Below the pieces are notes generated by a model. It was given only the letters and a program-made list of their open reading frames with translations. It had not been told where the DNA came from and ran no database searches. From assembly GCA_030704615.1 (NCBI GenBank), contig CM060734.1, positions 33,666,001 through 33,730,000 of the forward strand: a stretch of 64,000 nucleotides of DNA, written 5' to 3'. Below are positions 51,864 through 64,000 of the stretch, piece after piece. This DNA is from Takakia lepidozioides. Taxonomy: Eukaryota; Plantae; Bryophyta. A program made the position numbers and the translations under genes. Within the stretch, counting starts at the first letter, position 1, and the number at the start of each line of letters is the position of its first letter.

Positions 51864-52793
51864 ATGATCCCTGCTACTGCCCGTCGATTGCAAAGGCGGA
51901 CACAAGTAGAACATGACGATGACAGACTGTGGAAACTACAGGAAGCGCGAGCAAGAAGACTGGGTCTTCGGAGAATTCTATGTCCATGCAATGCCTGTCA
52001 TGGTGGGAACTGGCAAACCATTGGCCGGGCTAAGCGTCATCTGCTTCTGAACTTGCGAGATCCTAACTTACGAGAACTCCCGGTGCATCTCTCTGGATTC
52101 TCTTCCCTTTGCAGATGCATACTTTGAAATTATAAGAAACAGTTCAAATTCCTAGTAGCGGTATTGTTGTAAGGTGTAGAGTATTGTACATGCCCGTTTT
52201 CCTATTGCCACGTGGCTATAAAATGGCACGTTCCACATCCATTATTGCAAATGAAAAAACTCTCCATCTTATAGTGGACTGACATGTGGCATCTGATATG
52301 TACTAAGCAGGAAAACTCTGGAGACGAACATGAGGGGTTTAGGACGGAAACCAGCCCTGCAGGTGGTCTTGATACCTTGGATCATAATCTTGACATGCTT
52401 AGAATGCTCCGGGAGACATTCGCAACTATAGATAATGGGGTGCAAACTGGTGATGCACATGAGGAAACGGGAGATGGAACACAGGGCCAATGGGACACAG
52501 ATGGAGTGCCAGAGCAAATTGATGGTGGACTGCAAAGCGATGGTGATCGTGGTAGTGCGAGTGCCTTACGTTTTGAGCACGAGGCATCCAGGGCTTTTTA
52601 TGTAGGGAGTTCTTCCTCTCGATTGTCTGCTACCTTACTGTTGTTAAATTCTTGTCAAACCCATGGTGTGTCAAACACCTTTGTCGATGAACTCCTTACA
52701 TTGTTAGGAAGACAACTGTTGCCAGCAGACAATTGCCTGCCAAAGTCCCACTATGAGGCAAAACAACTCATAATGGAACTCGGGCTTCATTAG
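51864..52793 (+). pseudogene. CACTA transposase N-terminus (transposase-associated domain), truncated
   Basis: ILCPCNACH...AKRHLLLN, then LLLLNSCQTHGVSNTFVDELLTLL...LLPADNCLPKSHYEAKQLIMELGL, then a stop and unrelated sequence. Confidence 0.8.
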
Positions 52794-55700
52794 GACCATG
52801 CTGAGGAGGTCGAGGAGGGTCTGAGTACCAAGAGACCGGCGAAGAAAAAGTCTGGCGTCTTTATGAACAAGAACCGCAAGCTAGCCTTGGACATGGACAA
52901 AGATGTGGGTCGTTTCTTGGAGCAGCACAGGTGAGTACTATGCTCAGTCTCCTCATCTGTCTTTGTCGTTAAGTGTTTTGCGCTCTGTTGTGGTCAGTCT
53001 ACACGCAGGTCAGTCTGCTGCTGGTTTCATCATTGTCTGTTGTGGTTAGTCTTGTCAGTCTAATGAATTGTTCAGCCTGTAGAGTGTTTGGTACCATGTT
53101 GACGTCAGTCTGTTCAGTATATGAGGCTTCCCGAAGGATGGTTTGCTCTGTGCAGGATGGGTGCTCGGTTTGGCAAAGCACATGCTCGACAGTCCGCTTC
53201 TTGGCTTTGCCTCTCCCCTGGGAAGCACGGACAGCCGTAGGTGGGCTGGATAGAGCAGATAAACGCAGCGCTGCCGCCCTACTTCGCAACAGAGGCTGGT
53301 CAGCAGGTTTGTTTACACTTGCTGGACCTGTCTTTGCAGCTTTGTGGGTTGCATGCGTAGAACTGACCCGCGCATCGGGGGGCGTGCTCACCCCCACACC
53401 TTTCTTGGTTGTCGATCCCACGTTTGCAACATGGGCGGAAGATGTCATGTCCTCAGAAGTAGACAGTCTGCCGATGGAGGGACGAACATCCTGTGAGGTT
53501 ACCGAGCAAAATGACGAATTAGCCCAATTTCACAATGTGCTAAAACATAAACAACAGTGCTAAAAGAGGAAATGGCACAACCTGCCCAAGGGGTGAGGGA
53601 GCAGACTCCATGTAATCCAGCGCTATACCAGACGGTGTCTTCGCCGCATGTGGTTCCTTGTCAGTGTGCCTACTAGCATGTTCAGTCTGTTGCTCAATGT
53701 GGGCAGTCTGCTCGGCCGCCGGTTCTTCGTCAGTCATTTCGTCTGTGAACTGTGCAGTCTGCTGGCAACTATGCGGTTCAGTCTCTTCCTCAATGTGGGC
53801 AATGTGCTCGGTGGCAGGTCGGTCATCAGTCCTTCCCTCTATGAAGTGTGCAATGTGGTGGTCAGGCCGTGCAGTCTGAACTGTGCAGTCAGAGCTCAGC
53901 TGTGTAGTCTGCCGCTCCGAGCCATCTTGGTCAGTCCTTCCATCTGTGACCTGTGCAGTCTGCTGGTTAGTCTGCGGTTCAGTCTGCTCATCAATGAAGA
54001 CAGTATGCTGCCCCACCACAGATTGCTCGGCAGTCCTTCCATGTGTCCACTGTTCAGTGTGCTGGTCAGTCTGGTGGACAGCCGGCTGGGTGTTCGGATC
54101 TCCATGGACTTGGGAAACATCAAGAACATGTATGGAAGACCCACCGGCAATTGCTTCCTCAGACTCTTCTGTAAGATCTATGATACGGTTTTGCGTTCCC
54201 AGATTGAGTTCGGTCACCACGTAAGACTCATCTATGGCTTTCGCCACTGAGCGCACGAAAACGGGACTAAGCTGGAAGGTCATAGAAGGCAGGCCACGGG
54301 GAGCTGGATAAGAATGCTTTACCGGTGACATGATGATGTCGTCAGTGAATGTGCCTGGGGGAAAAATGGACTCGGTCAAAACACTCATACTGGCAGATCC
54401 AAAAACATGTTGTTGGGAACTCATCAGAAATTCGTCCACAGGGTCCCGGTGAGGCCAGTGCATCTGAGTCTGTTGCACAATCCAGGGAACAGACTGGCTG
54501 TTAGTCTCTTGGATAGTCTGCTTGGCCATCTGCTGAGTGGGTTCACCAGTGTGCTGCACAGTCTGCTGAGGGGCAATCTGCTGGCTGGATTCGTCGGTCT
54601 GCTGCACGGTCTGTTGTACAGTTTGCTGAGGGGCAGTCTGGTGGCCATGTTTGCTGGTCTGCTGCACAGTCGGCTGAGAGGCAGTCTGTTGGCCGATCTG
54701 TTCTCCGGTCTGCTGCAAAGTCTGCAAAGTTCGCTGCCCGCTCAGTACTGTTTGCACATACTGAGTATGTGTGTGCGGGGCAGTCTGCTGGGAGTGATCC
54801 GGCCTATTATCTGGGACGGTCTGGTGCACATGCTCGGTTTCCAGCACTTAGGGCAGTCTGCCCACATGTGTCGTGGGGAATATGTTGTTCGACATTCTTG
54901 TGGCCAGTCTGTTGGACAGTCTCTCGAACTCCTTGTAAAGCCAGGACAAGGTCCCTTGCACCTCTGGCAAAAGAGTCGAAAGCAGCCTGCACTTGCTTGT
55001 CTCCCAGATCAACTCACCCTGCAACACATGTTTATGCAAATGTGAACTTCTAAAAAAGTTGGCAAAAGAAATTGAGCTGAAACACGAAAGTTGCCCATAA
55101 CATTTTACCTTCCAAGAGATTTCCGATGAGGCCAATGTCCTGATTTGCCGGCACAGGCATGCTCCATCGAGATGAGCAATGGCACCGATGCGGTCTTCAG
55201 TTGGGATCCCACACCACAGGACTTTGAAGACATTGGGATTCTGCAAAACAATGTCGAATACTGCTCGCTCCATCACCAATGCAAACCAGTGCAATGCGTC
55301 ATCCACCACAAAACTTCTGTGAATGGTCTGTTCCATGGAGTAAGTCCATCCTCAAACTATGCAGATCCTTCATCAACTTGTTGTATGAGCGGAAATGCCA
55401 AATTGCATCCATCTGTGTTGTAGGAAGGAAGCTGCCATGCGCTCAAAGTCCTCCTCAGTCAATCCGAACAAGTGTTTTCTTCGCACCCCAAAGGTTGGAT
55501 GTGCCATAGGCATATGTTTGAGGTCTTCAGGCCGTGGGTCATCCATGAGAATCAGCTGCACAAGTAGAGGCGGCGCATTTTGGTCGCTTGTGGCTTCAAT
55601 GGCAACAGCAGAGGCGGCTTCTAGAACATGGTTGGCTTCCTCAATATAAAACTCCATGGAATAATGAAAGGGTACAAATGACCACCGGCGGTCCGCAACA

Positions 55701-58700
55701 ATCCGGTGGAGCTCATTATGCCAATCCAAATGGGGATTAATTTCTCCCACCCTAAGCCGGGGAAGTGTGAGTTCTTCAGCTCCGGGTCAAATTACCAGTG
55801 ATGGCGATCGCCAAACTGCAAAAAACGCCGTGCTATGTGAGAGAAAAGCAGTCTGCTGGTCCGCAGTCTGTTGGATGACAGGACTTCCCATTGGCATGGG
55901 CTGCATGATGGGCTCCTGGAGAGGAGTCTGCAGGATGACAGGTGCTCGTTGGAGTCTGCTCCGTTGGAGTCTGCTGGATGACAGCCTGCTGAACGGGAGT
56001 CTGCTGGATGACAGCCTGCTGAACGGGAGTCTGCTGGATGACAGCCTGCTGAATGGGAGTCTGCTGGATGGCAGACTCGGCTGTCCCAGATGCATTACCC
56101 CCCGATGCGTCTTGAATATGTAATGCCGCTATAGGAGCAGATGACCCAGGATACTTCAATAATATGTACTCTCGCACGCGGTCCACTTCTGCACGCACTG
56201 CAGTCGCTTGTAAAGGAGCATCATTGCTAGGTATCCGCCAAGCCTGAATGGCCCTACGAATAGAAACACGTTCATCCTGGTACACGGCAGAGAACTTGGA
56301 CGTCAAAAACATGGACGTGGACTCTATATTCACCTCATGCAGCGGACTGGACTCACACACTAGCAGACTGTAACGTGCGTACGTAGGGTGGAGGCAACTA
56401 GTAGACTATACCAGTGGACTGGACCAGCGCACTGACAAACGAACTCAATAAGTAATGCAGCGATATAAAACAGACTAACTGACGAGCGGAGTGAGCCAAC
56501 GGACTAAGGAGAGAACGCAGCGGACTGACCAGACTGAATAGGCAACGTGACCCCGATGATGGACTCAAATAGCACAGAGAAGAGACTGGGCGGTCAGACT
56601 GACCATTACCTCCTCTACTTCATCATCGTCATCTTCATCTTCAAAGTTGTTCGACCAGTTCTGTTCCGCCTGTCGGATGAATGTGCGTAGCAGACCTGAC
56701 TGGGCAACTCTGTAGAAATAATGGAAGAAGTCTGGATCCCCAATTGGTGGGCACTCTGGTGGGAAAAGCCCAAAGTCAACGAGGCGCAATGTGCCAGGGC
56801 AGACTGGCCCTTCAGTGCTATGTTGAGTTTTTGGTTTTGACCCTAAACCGATGGCATGGGTCGCGATATTTGTGTGAGTCTGCTGCCGAGTCTGGTCAGG
56901 CAAGTCAATGTCCACTGGACTTGTCACCCCTTCCAGGCCTTGAGCAGATTCACTTTCAATATCAGTACTGATGGTGTGGGTCTGCCGCCCAGGACGGGGT
57001 TCAGTCTGTTGCATGGATTTTGCCCTTGCCTCGCAAGCAGACCTTGCAGCCTTCTTTTTGTTTTGCCTCTCCTTTTTTTGGGCCCCATCACTCAGTTTAC
57101 GTTTTCTGGGAGCGTCCGGCGTTCCTTGCACTTGCAAATCCTCCATTGACGGGCCACCACAATGGAAACCATACTGTGCGCGCACTTCGTCTAATTCCAA
57201 AGTGCGGGGGTCAAGCACTGATCCGCGCAAGCGCATTGTGGCCTCTTTGACAATCGACATTTCTTTCAGTATCGGCCAGGGTTTGAAATCTCGTGGAATC
57301 ATTGCAACAGTCTCCTTGCAACCCGTGTCAACACAATGCCGATTTAGTTGGATTTTGTCCTTGATAACCTCTTCACAGAAGGGACAGAAGAGCTTGTCCT
57401 TCTGCCAATTCGAGTTTTTGGGCTTCCGGGCGCGGAGGTCTACAAATGCTTCCACTATTTTATGATCAAACTCGTCTGGTGAGTACTTGTACCTTCGCTC
57501 CTTCTTCAGTATGGTTTGGTGCACAAAATCCACCCAGTCCGCTCCACCCTTTTCACAAGCATCCTCCATCGCTGCAGAATGAAACGAAGGTGCAAGGACA
57601 ATGAGTGACAGAGCGACAGATAGAAGTCCTATGAAAAGACTCACCCTAAGCAAGAAGAGGACACAGAATGGAATGGAAACACCGCAGCAAGTGAGAACCT
57701 CACCGAGCCGATGAACTTCGAGTTGTTACGAAGGCGAGCGTGTTTGCGACGCTTCGCGGCTCACCGCGACTCTCCACAACTAGGGAAGAACGGTTGTCTT
57801 TCGTTACGGTGATGGAAACGCAAAGAGGAAAACAAAATAGTGCAAAACTGTGTGAAGAAACAGGCGCAAAGAGAATGGAGTCGATCGCACAGGGAACATG
57901 AGAAGAAAGTAGAAGTAGAAGGAGGAAAGCGGGCATGGCACTGCCAACGTGTCGTGATTTCACAGGCGCCAACTATCCGCCGTCATCGCATTGAATACGT
58001 CCACCGAACGAACGCATCGTACTAAATTCATCCACGGTCCTTGCAAGTGCAGTAGACTCATTTCCCATCGGGCCGAGAGTCCACCGGACCGCCAGTCCAG
58101 CGGACTATTTGCTTTGCTGAGGCGAAGCGGCTTCATATTGGAGGCACTTCCCTGCCAGCGGAATGAAGACAAAAGAGAGTGAGGGGAGAACAGGAAAGTC
58201 GAACACACCCATTGCAAACAGACTTGCGGCACAACAGACTGATGCATGCACAGTCCAACAGACTGATATCCATAGAGGAGAACTGTCCAGCAGACGGACG
58301 TTTCGCCAGATTGGCGGGAGAACAAACCAAAAGACTGACCGGAGGGAAAATAAGAAGTCAAACAGACTTAGTGCAACAGACTTCCGACACAACAGACTGA
58401 CAAATTCACAAGTGCAACAGACTGATATCCCAACAGACGGACTTCCAGCAGACCGCCTCCAAATTGACTGTTATGCACGCGATAAGAGGAATATCCGGAG
58501 CACTGACTGGCCAGCGGACTCACAGTGAACAGACTCGCGACACAACGGACCTCAAACATCCACGTGCATTTGCAGATGCAATTGTCTCAGCCTGGTCCGT
58601 CTCCTGGCAAATGCGACAATGTACCGATTCTGCACCTACTCCTGTCGTGGCTCAGACATCTGCATTCAGCAGGTGCGTGTGGATGTTTGAGGACCTTACG

Positions 58701-59735
58701 ACTGGATGGTGTTCCGTGACGACTCGAATTGCTTTTTTGTGCTGCCATCCCTTATATAATACCATGTGGATCCATCACAAAGCTGGGTTTCTTCAGATTC
58801 TGCACCCTTTTCCACAACTTATGCACGACGGATGCAAGCCGCTATACTTGGTCACATAAACAGTCCCATCGTCCGATATGAAATCTGCAATACACGCCCC
58901 CATGTGCATACGCTTCCACCATTTTTGCGCCCATGTTACCCATGGGTTCCTTTAACGAACTAAACTTGTGAAGGCTCTCATGAGGGATGCAGTACGAAGG
59001 GGCTAAACGTATCATGACGGATCACAAGCAAAGGACGTTATCGACGACAAATGTCCGCATTTTCCATATTTATGACATAGAACCAAAACATAAAACGAAG
59101 GTTCCCGAAAGCACAACAAGAAGACAAAAATAGTGGAAGCATATGCACAATGGTGGCTGTAGTGCCGAGACAGTCCTATCATGTCCAAGCACACGCTTCA
59201 TCATCATCATGAACATCGCGCGCAAAAGAGGAACAGTCGCGTGCATGGAAACGCCTACCGCAACATCGGACAACAAACAGCTGTAAAAAGAGAGCGGCCG
59301 GGATTTGGGGGGAAGATCATTGCCATTTTTGCAGCCCTAAAAATGGAGGGCTCGGATGGGTTATGGGAATGGACGGTGGCAATCCTGCGCCGTCAGCGGA
59401 CTGGATGGCAGCGGACTGGCGGGCAAACTGGCGGACTGGCAGACTGCTGGGCAGCGGACTGGCCAGCACCGGACTGGCGGGCAGACTGGCGGACTGGCAG
59501 ACTCCTGGGCAGCCGACTGGCCAGCACCGGACTGACAGACTGGAGGGCAGCAGACTCATGGGCGGGGGACTGGCCGCGCCCGCGGCTGGGCGACCGCGCG
59601 CAGCGGCGGGCGGGGCGGGCGGGGTGCTGGGGAGCCGGGCGTCCGTGCGGCCACATCGCACATGCCCATTGAAGACCCTATTATCTTAAAATGAGAGGCG
59701 TTCAGCTTTCATTGTATATTTTCAGATATATAGTG
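52794..59735 (-). mobile_element. Probable second CACTA-like element fragment with a minus-strand multi-exon Gln/Thr-rich gene
   Basis: End ...CAGATATATAGTG at 59735 (reverse complement CACTATATATCTG); GCGGACTGGC/CAGACT subterminal repeats at 59395-59575; ORFs 57570-56565 (FCPFC...NRHC Zn-finger-like), 56360-55833, 55750-55373, 55336-54848, 54847-53540, 53448-52999. Confidence 0.55.
55966..56070. repeat. 30-bp minisatellite, 3.5 copies
   Basis: GGAGTCTGCTGGATGACAGCCTGCTGAACG repeated; encodes QQTPVQQAVI on the minus strand. Confidence 0.9.
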
Positions 59736-59750
59736 ACCAATCACTATTTG

Positions 59751-62700
59751 TGTTGCGCACCTCACTTCGGTAAGCTCCCCTTCAAGTCATAGTTACTCGC
59801 TTTGATGCGCGCGCCTAACTCCCTAACTGGCCGCCGGGCCAACTCGGAGCTTTGGCTACTCACCGGGACATAACGGTCACCCTTTGCTCCTCCAAAAGAC
59901 CCTCCACCAATTTGGGCCTAGTGGAAATTCCCTTTGGTAGATGGCAGTCCGGAATAGCTCCCCACTCCTTGGTCATTCTCCGGCTCGCTCGCTCACTTAA
60001 GTCTAGTTTTTGGTCACCCACGGGCTTGCACCGTTCTCGGGGTTACTACTCCCTATATATACTTCTGTGACTGTCCGCGGGGGTTTCACAAACAACACCG
60101 TCTTTTTATAGCGAACCACCACGAAGACCCTCAACTCCCGGTGATGAGTCGCGGTGAGTCTTGGCCCACCCACCACGGCCCCATTGGACCGTGATGAGTC
60201 CCAAGACTCCCCACGACTCCCACCACAAGGTCTCCGCCCCATGGTGAGTCATATGCTACCCCCACTAAGACCCACTAAGCTACCACCACCCCTCGTGGAC
60301 CCACCCCCACCGCAACCCAGTGTGCGGGGCTCCACCTAGTGAGCGCCTCTGCCTCCTTGAGTGCCTTGGGCACTCAAGGGTGCTTCGGCCCCCGTACCTA
60401 TTGTTGTCACCGCCCCCACCACAGGGGTAGCCCCTCTTGTGTCCCGACCCCCTGCCCTCAAGGCAAGAGGCCGCGACACACACCCCTACTAACAGGGAGT
60501 CGATGTCCTCTTCAACTTGTCCATTTTGTATAAACGAACATCCAAGTTGTGGTGTCCCACATCAAGGAGTTTGTTTCCGTACCATGGCATCCCATGGCAA
60601 AGAACCAAACCCCCACTTGACTCAACTCTCCACTAGCTAGTTCGGCCGACTTCCTCCAAGTCCCGGCCAAGGGTGGAGCCTCTCGAGCTCCACCCAGTGC
60701 ACTCTTCTTGGCCCACTCCAAGACCAAGGAACGATCCTCCCCGAGGATCGAATCGCCTTACTGCAACAACACTGCTTGCGACCGCTCATGATGCCACTTT
60801 TGGCATCACCTTGAGCAAGGGTTCATCTTGAACCCTTTTTGACTAGGAAGATAACCTTGAACCAACCGTACGCCCCAATCACTACAATTGGATCCGCCTT
60901 GGAATGCTGGCCTGAGGTACGGGAACTCGCCGAAGCCGCACTACGACTTCGTCCCGAGGTTACACGATTATAGTACGTGAACGGAAGCATATAGCTTCCA
61001 CGTTAATTCGCACTACAAGACAACCCCCTCGGTAGCGCAGTTATAGTACGCGCACGCGCCAGGTGCACACTAGCACGTGAACTCCCAAAGAAGGTGCAAG
61101 TTTCCTTGCCCCTTGGATGGGAGTCACCCGGTTTCGGCACTGCACAAACACACGATTAATCCAACTTACCTCTCCCACTTTTGTAAGCTAGCATGCATTC
61201 TACACACTAGCCAACCATACCATGCATCACCATTCCAAACAAAATAGGAAGCACAACATTTGGAAACCATTTCATTTATAACAAAATTTGTACAACACAA
61301 GTTTTTGCAATCGGATTCCTGAGCTAGCTAAGCCGGACTAAGCATGCATTTCTTCCTCCCCCACGCTCCAAGGTTGATGTCTCCATCAACGCTTCTTCCG
61401 CTTTTGAGGTCGCCCTTCGAAAGCTGTAACCGCCTCGGATGCGTTTCCCATTTCTGAGGCACGCACCTAAGTTGCCTCCACTTGATGATAGCCATTCCAT
61501 TTCACACTCCGTTTCTCGATTCTTGAACCTCCTCGACTTAAGCACTGCCTCCACCTCGTACTTAGGTTCATTTTCATGATCTAACAGCACAGGTGGCGGA
61601 CGCAACACTTGATGCCGATTCGGACGTGCTTCATCTTTGAAGTAAGGCTTCAAAAAGGAGACATGGAATACCGGATGCACCTTGTTGTTTGCCGACAGCT
61701 CCAATTCATACACATCCTCATTCATAACCTTCCGGATGCGAAAGGGCCTCGCATACGGAGGTACAAACTTCGGACTCACTTCCGGAGGTAGTCAAAAATT
61801 CTTGATGTTCAACCAGACCTCCGTGCCTGCCTCAAACTTAACTTCCCTCCGCTTCCAATTTGTCTGTCGCTCATACTGTTTCCTAGCTTTGGCAATGTTG
61901 TACTTTGCGAGCTTCAACAAACGCTCACGTTCTTCCAACACCGCTGCTGCTGCCGGTTCCTCAACGTCCTGGGCGGCCCAACTTGTCGGCACTAGAGGTG
62001 CTTTTCCATAGACCAATACGAAAGGGGAAACTCCCGTTGCGGAGTGTTTTGTGTTATTATAACAAAACTCTGCCGCATCCAAGTGCTCCACCCAGTCCGA
62101 TTGGTCTGCCGACACGTAATTCCGCAAGATCTACTTTATTACGGAATTCACCCTTTCCGTTTGGTCGTTCGTTGTAGGTCGGAAGGCGGTGCTCATCTTC
62201 AGCCTCATCCCCATTTTCTTCCAAAGTGCCCTCCAAAATTTACTTGTAAACTTTAGATCGCGGTCCGAGACAATATTCTTCGGGAGTCCATGATGCTTGA
62301 AGACGTGGGTGAAGTAAAGTCGCCCCGTCTCCTGCGCCGTCGCTGTCTCCTTGGTGGGGATGAAATGACCCATTTTACTGAATCTATCCACCACCACCAT
62401 GATTGCGTCGAATCCTTTTGACAACGGCATAGCAGTCATGAAATCCATCGAGACACTTTCCCAAGACCCCTCTGGAATAGGCAGGGGTTGTAATAGCCCC
62501 GCTTGCTTTTTGTAGTCACTCCGGTTTTGTTGGCATGTGGCGCATGTCTTGACATACTCGTCGGCCTTCTCCCTCAGTTTGGGCCAGAAATACTTTTTCT
62601 TAAAGAGTGCCGCAGTGCGTTTGGCTCCGCCATGGCCCGCAAGCGGGCCATCGTGACACTCTCTCAAGAGACTATCTCTGATCTCTCCCTTCGGCATGTA

Positions 62701-64000
62701 GAGGCGCTTTTGCTTGTACCGGAGTAGTCCATTGTGCAAGAGGAACTGCGATTTAACTCCCATTCTCAAGTCCCGCATCACGGACTTCGTCATCTCATCC
62801 TTCCTATAAGCCTTCCGGATCTTCCTTTGGAGCGTCGTCTCGCCTCTGTACACCAACATAAGCTGCTGCTTTCTACTTAAGGCATCGGCCACCACATTGT
62901 CCCGTCCCAGTTTGTAGTGGATATACGTCGAACACCGCCAAAGTGTCTTGCCACCTAAGTTGTTTTGGGGACAACTTAGGCTGCGTGGCAAAATACTTCA
63001 CCGTAACATTGTCCGTGAACACTTTCACCGGGTTGGAACCAACATAGTGGCGCCAAAGCTCCAGGCAATGCACCACCGCCTTCATTTCTTTCTCGTGCGT
63101 AGGCCACCTTCACTCCACTTCATTCAGTTTCTTACTTTCGTAAGCCACTGGTCATCCATCCTGCATGAACACACCCCCAATTGCGAAGTCCGACGCATAT
63201 GTATGAATCTCAAATGGACGGTCGAACTCCGAGATTTTCAGGACTGGAGCTTCCGCCATCCGCTGCTTCAACTCGGCAAAAGCTTGGCCACAAAAGGTGT
63301 TCCATACCCATACCTTGGATTTACACAGAAGGTCCGACAGCGACCCCGCGATCTTGGCAAAATTTCTCACATACTTTTGGTAATAGGAGGCGAGTCCTAG
63401 GAAGGATCGCACTCCCGGGACCAAAGTCGGAGGCTCCCAGTCCAAGATCGCCCTCACCTTTTTGTTATCCATTTTGATCCCATCTTGTGTAATCACATGC
63501 CTAGGAACTCCACTTTTGTGACCCCGAATTCGCACTTTGAAGCCTTGGCGTACAGCTTCTCTTCCTGCACTTTCTGGAACATCTTTTTGAGGTGCTCCAG
63601 GTACTCTTCCTTCGTTTTCAAGTACACCAAGATGTCGTCGATGTACACAATCACAAAGTTATCCAACCACTCTTGGAAAAGGCTCTTCATTAGCATGCTA
63701 AAGGTCGCGCGTGCGTTGGTGAGCCCAAAAAGCATTACCAAGAACTCATATGAACCATATCTTATCTTGCACGTGGTCTTCTCCTCATCTCCTTTCGCCA
63801 CTCGTATTTGATGGTAGCCGGAGCGCAAATCGATCCGGCTGAAATACTTCGCTCCTGCCAACCGATTGAAGAGGTCGTCGATCCTTGACAAAGGGTACCG
63901 GTTTTTGATAGTCACCTTATTCATAGCCTTGTAATCGACACACATCCGCAGCATCCCATCTTTTTTGTCTGCAAATAGCACCGGGGCTCCGTACGGTGAC
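59751..64000 (-). mobile_element. Chromovirus-type Ty3/gypsy: RT, RNase H, integrase, chromodomain (frameshifted), 3' LTR 59751-61348; continues past the window
   Basis: RMCVDYKAMNK...IDLRSGYHQ...MLFGLTNA...VYIDDILVY; ASDFAIGGV; HDGPLAGHGG...CATC; SMDFM, VSDRD, QTERVN; KYEVEAVLKSR. LTR closely similar to 40982-42475. Confidence 0.95.

Larger units (their letters stand above)
43346..52793. mobile_element. CACTA/En-Spm element: left end, minus-strand accessory (TnpA-like) gene and truncated plus-strand transposase
   Basis: Starts CACTACTAGAGAAACC at 43346; contains TnpA-like exons and the transposase N-terminus at 51864-52793. Right end not found, so the extent is inferred. Confidence 0.6.

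Noticed and set aside
43346-59735. A single CACTA element from CACTAC (43346) to TAGTG (59735)
   Set aside because: TIRs differ after 5 bp (CACTACTAGAG vs CACTATATATC), the 3-bp flanks differ (TAT vs ACC), and the subterminal repeats are unrelated.
40982-61348. One giant retroelement bounded by the two similar LTRs
   Set aside because: Each LTR has its own PPT and integrase/chromodomain on the same side, so both are 3' LTRs of separate copies.

Overview
Eukaryotic land-plant nuclear DNA; the TE types suggest a non-seed plant, but that is inference. 1-10.5 kb is ordinary gene space: the last exon of COX15 (+) converging on a complete 16-exon zeaxanthin epoxidase gene (-). The rest is a nest of transposons: a PPR relic, a GIY-YIG endonuclease relic, a PHD-tailed Ty3/gypsy element, several CACTA pieces (one with an FCP1/NIF phosphatase-like domain inside its accessory protein), a frameshifted kinase, an orphan TL20.3 exon and two chromodomain-bearing gypsy copies. 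The most notable object is a 13.7-kb Mutator-like element (16661-30345) bounded by an exact 9-bp TSD. It carries a MULE/SWIM transposase (-) and, divergently, a spliced gene (+) that fuses a ParB-like N-terminal domain to a beta-class amino-DNA-methyltransferase-like C-terminal domain. Between the two genes lies a 3.5-kb array of about 28-31 units of ~116 bp, each built on an 18-bp-arm palindrome. Domain calls are by motif recognition only; no database search was run.
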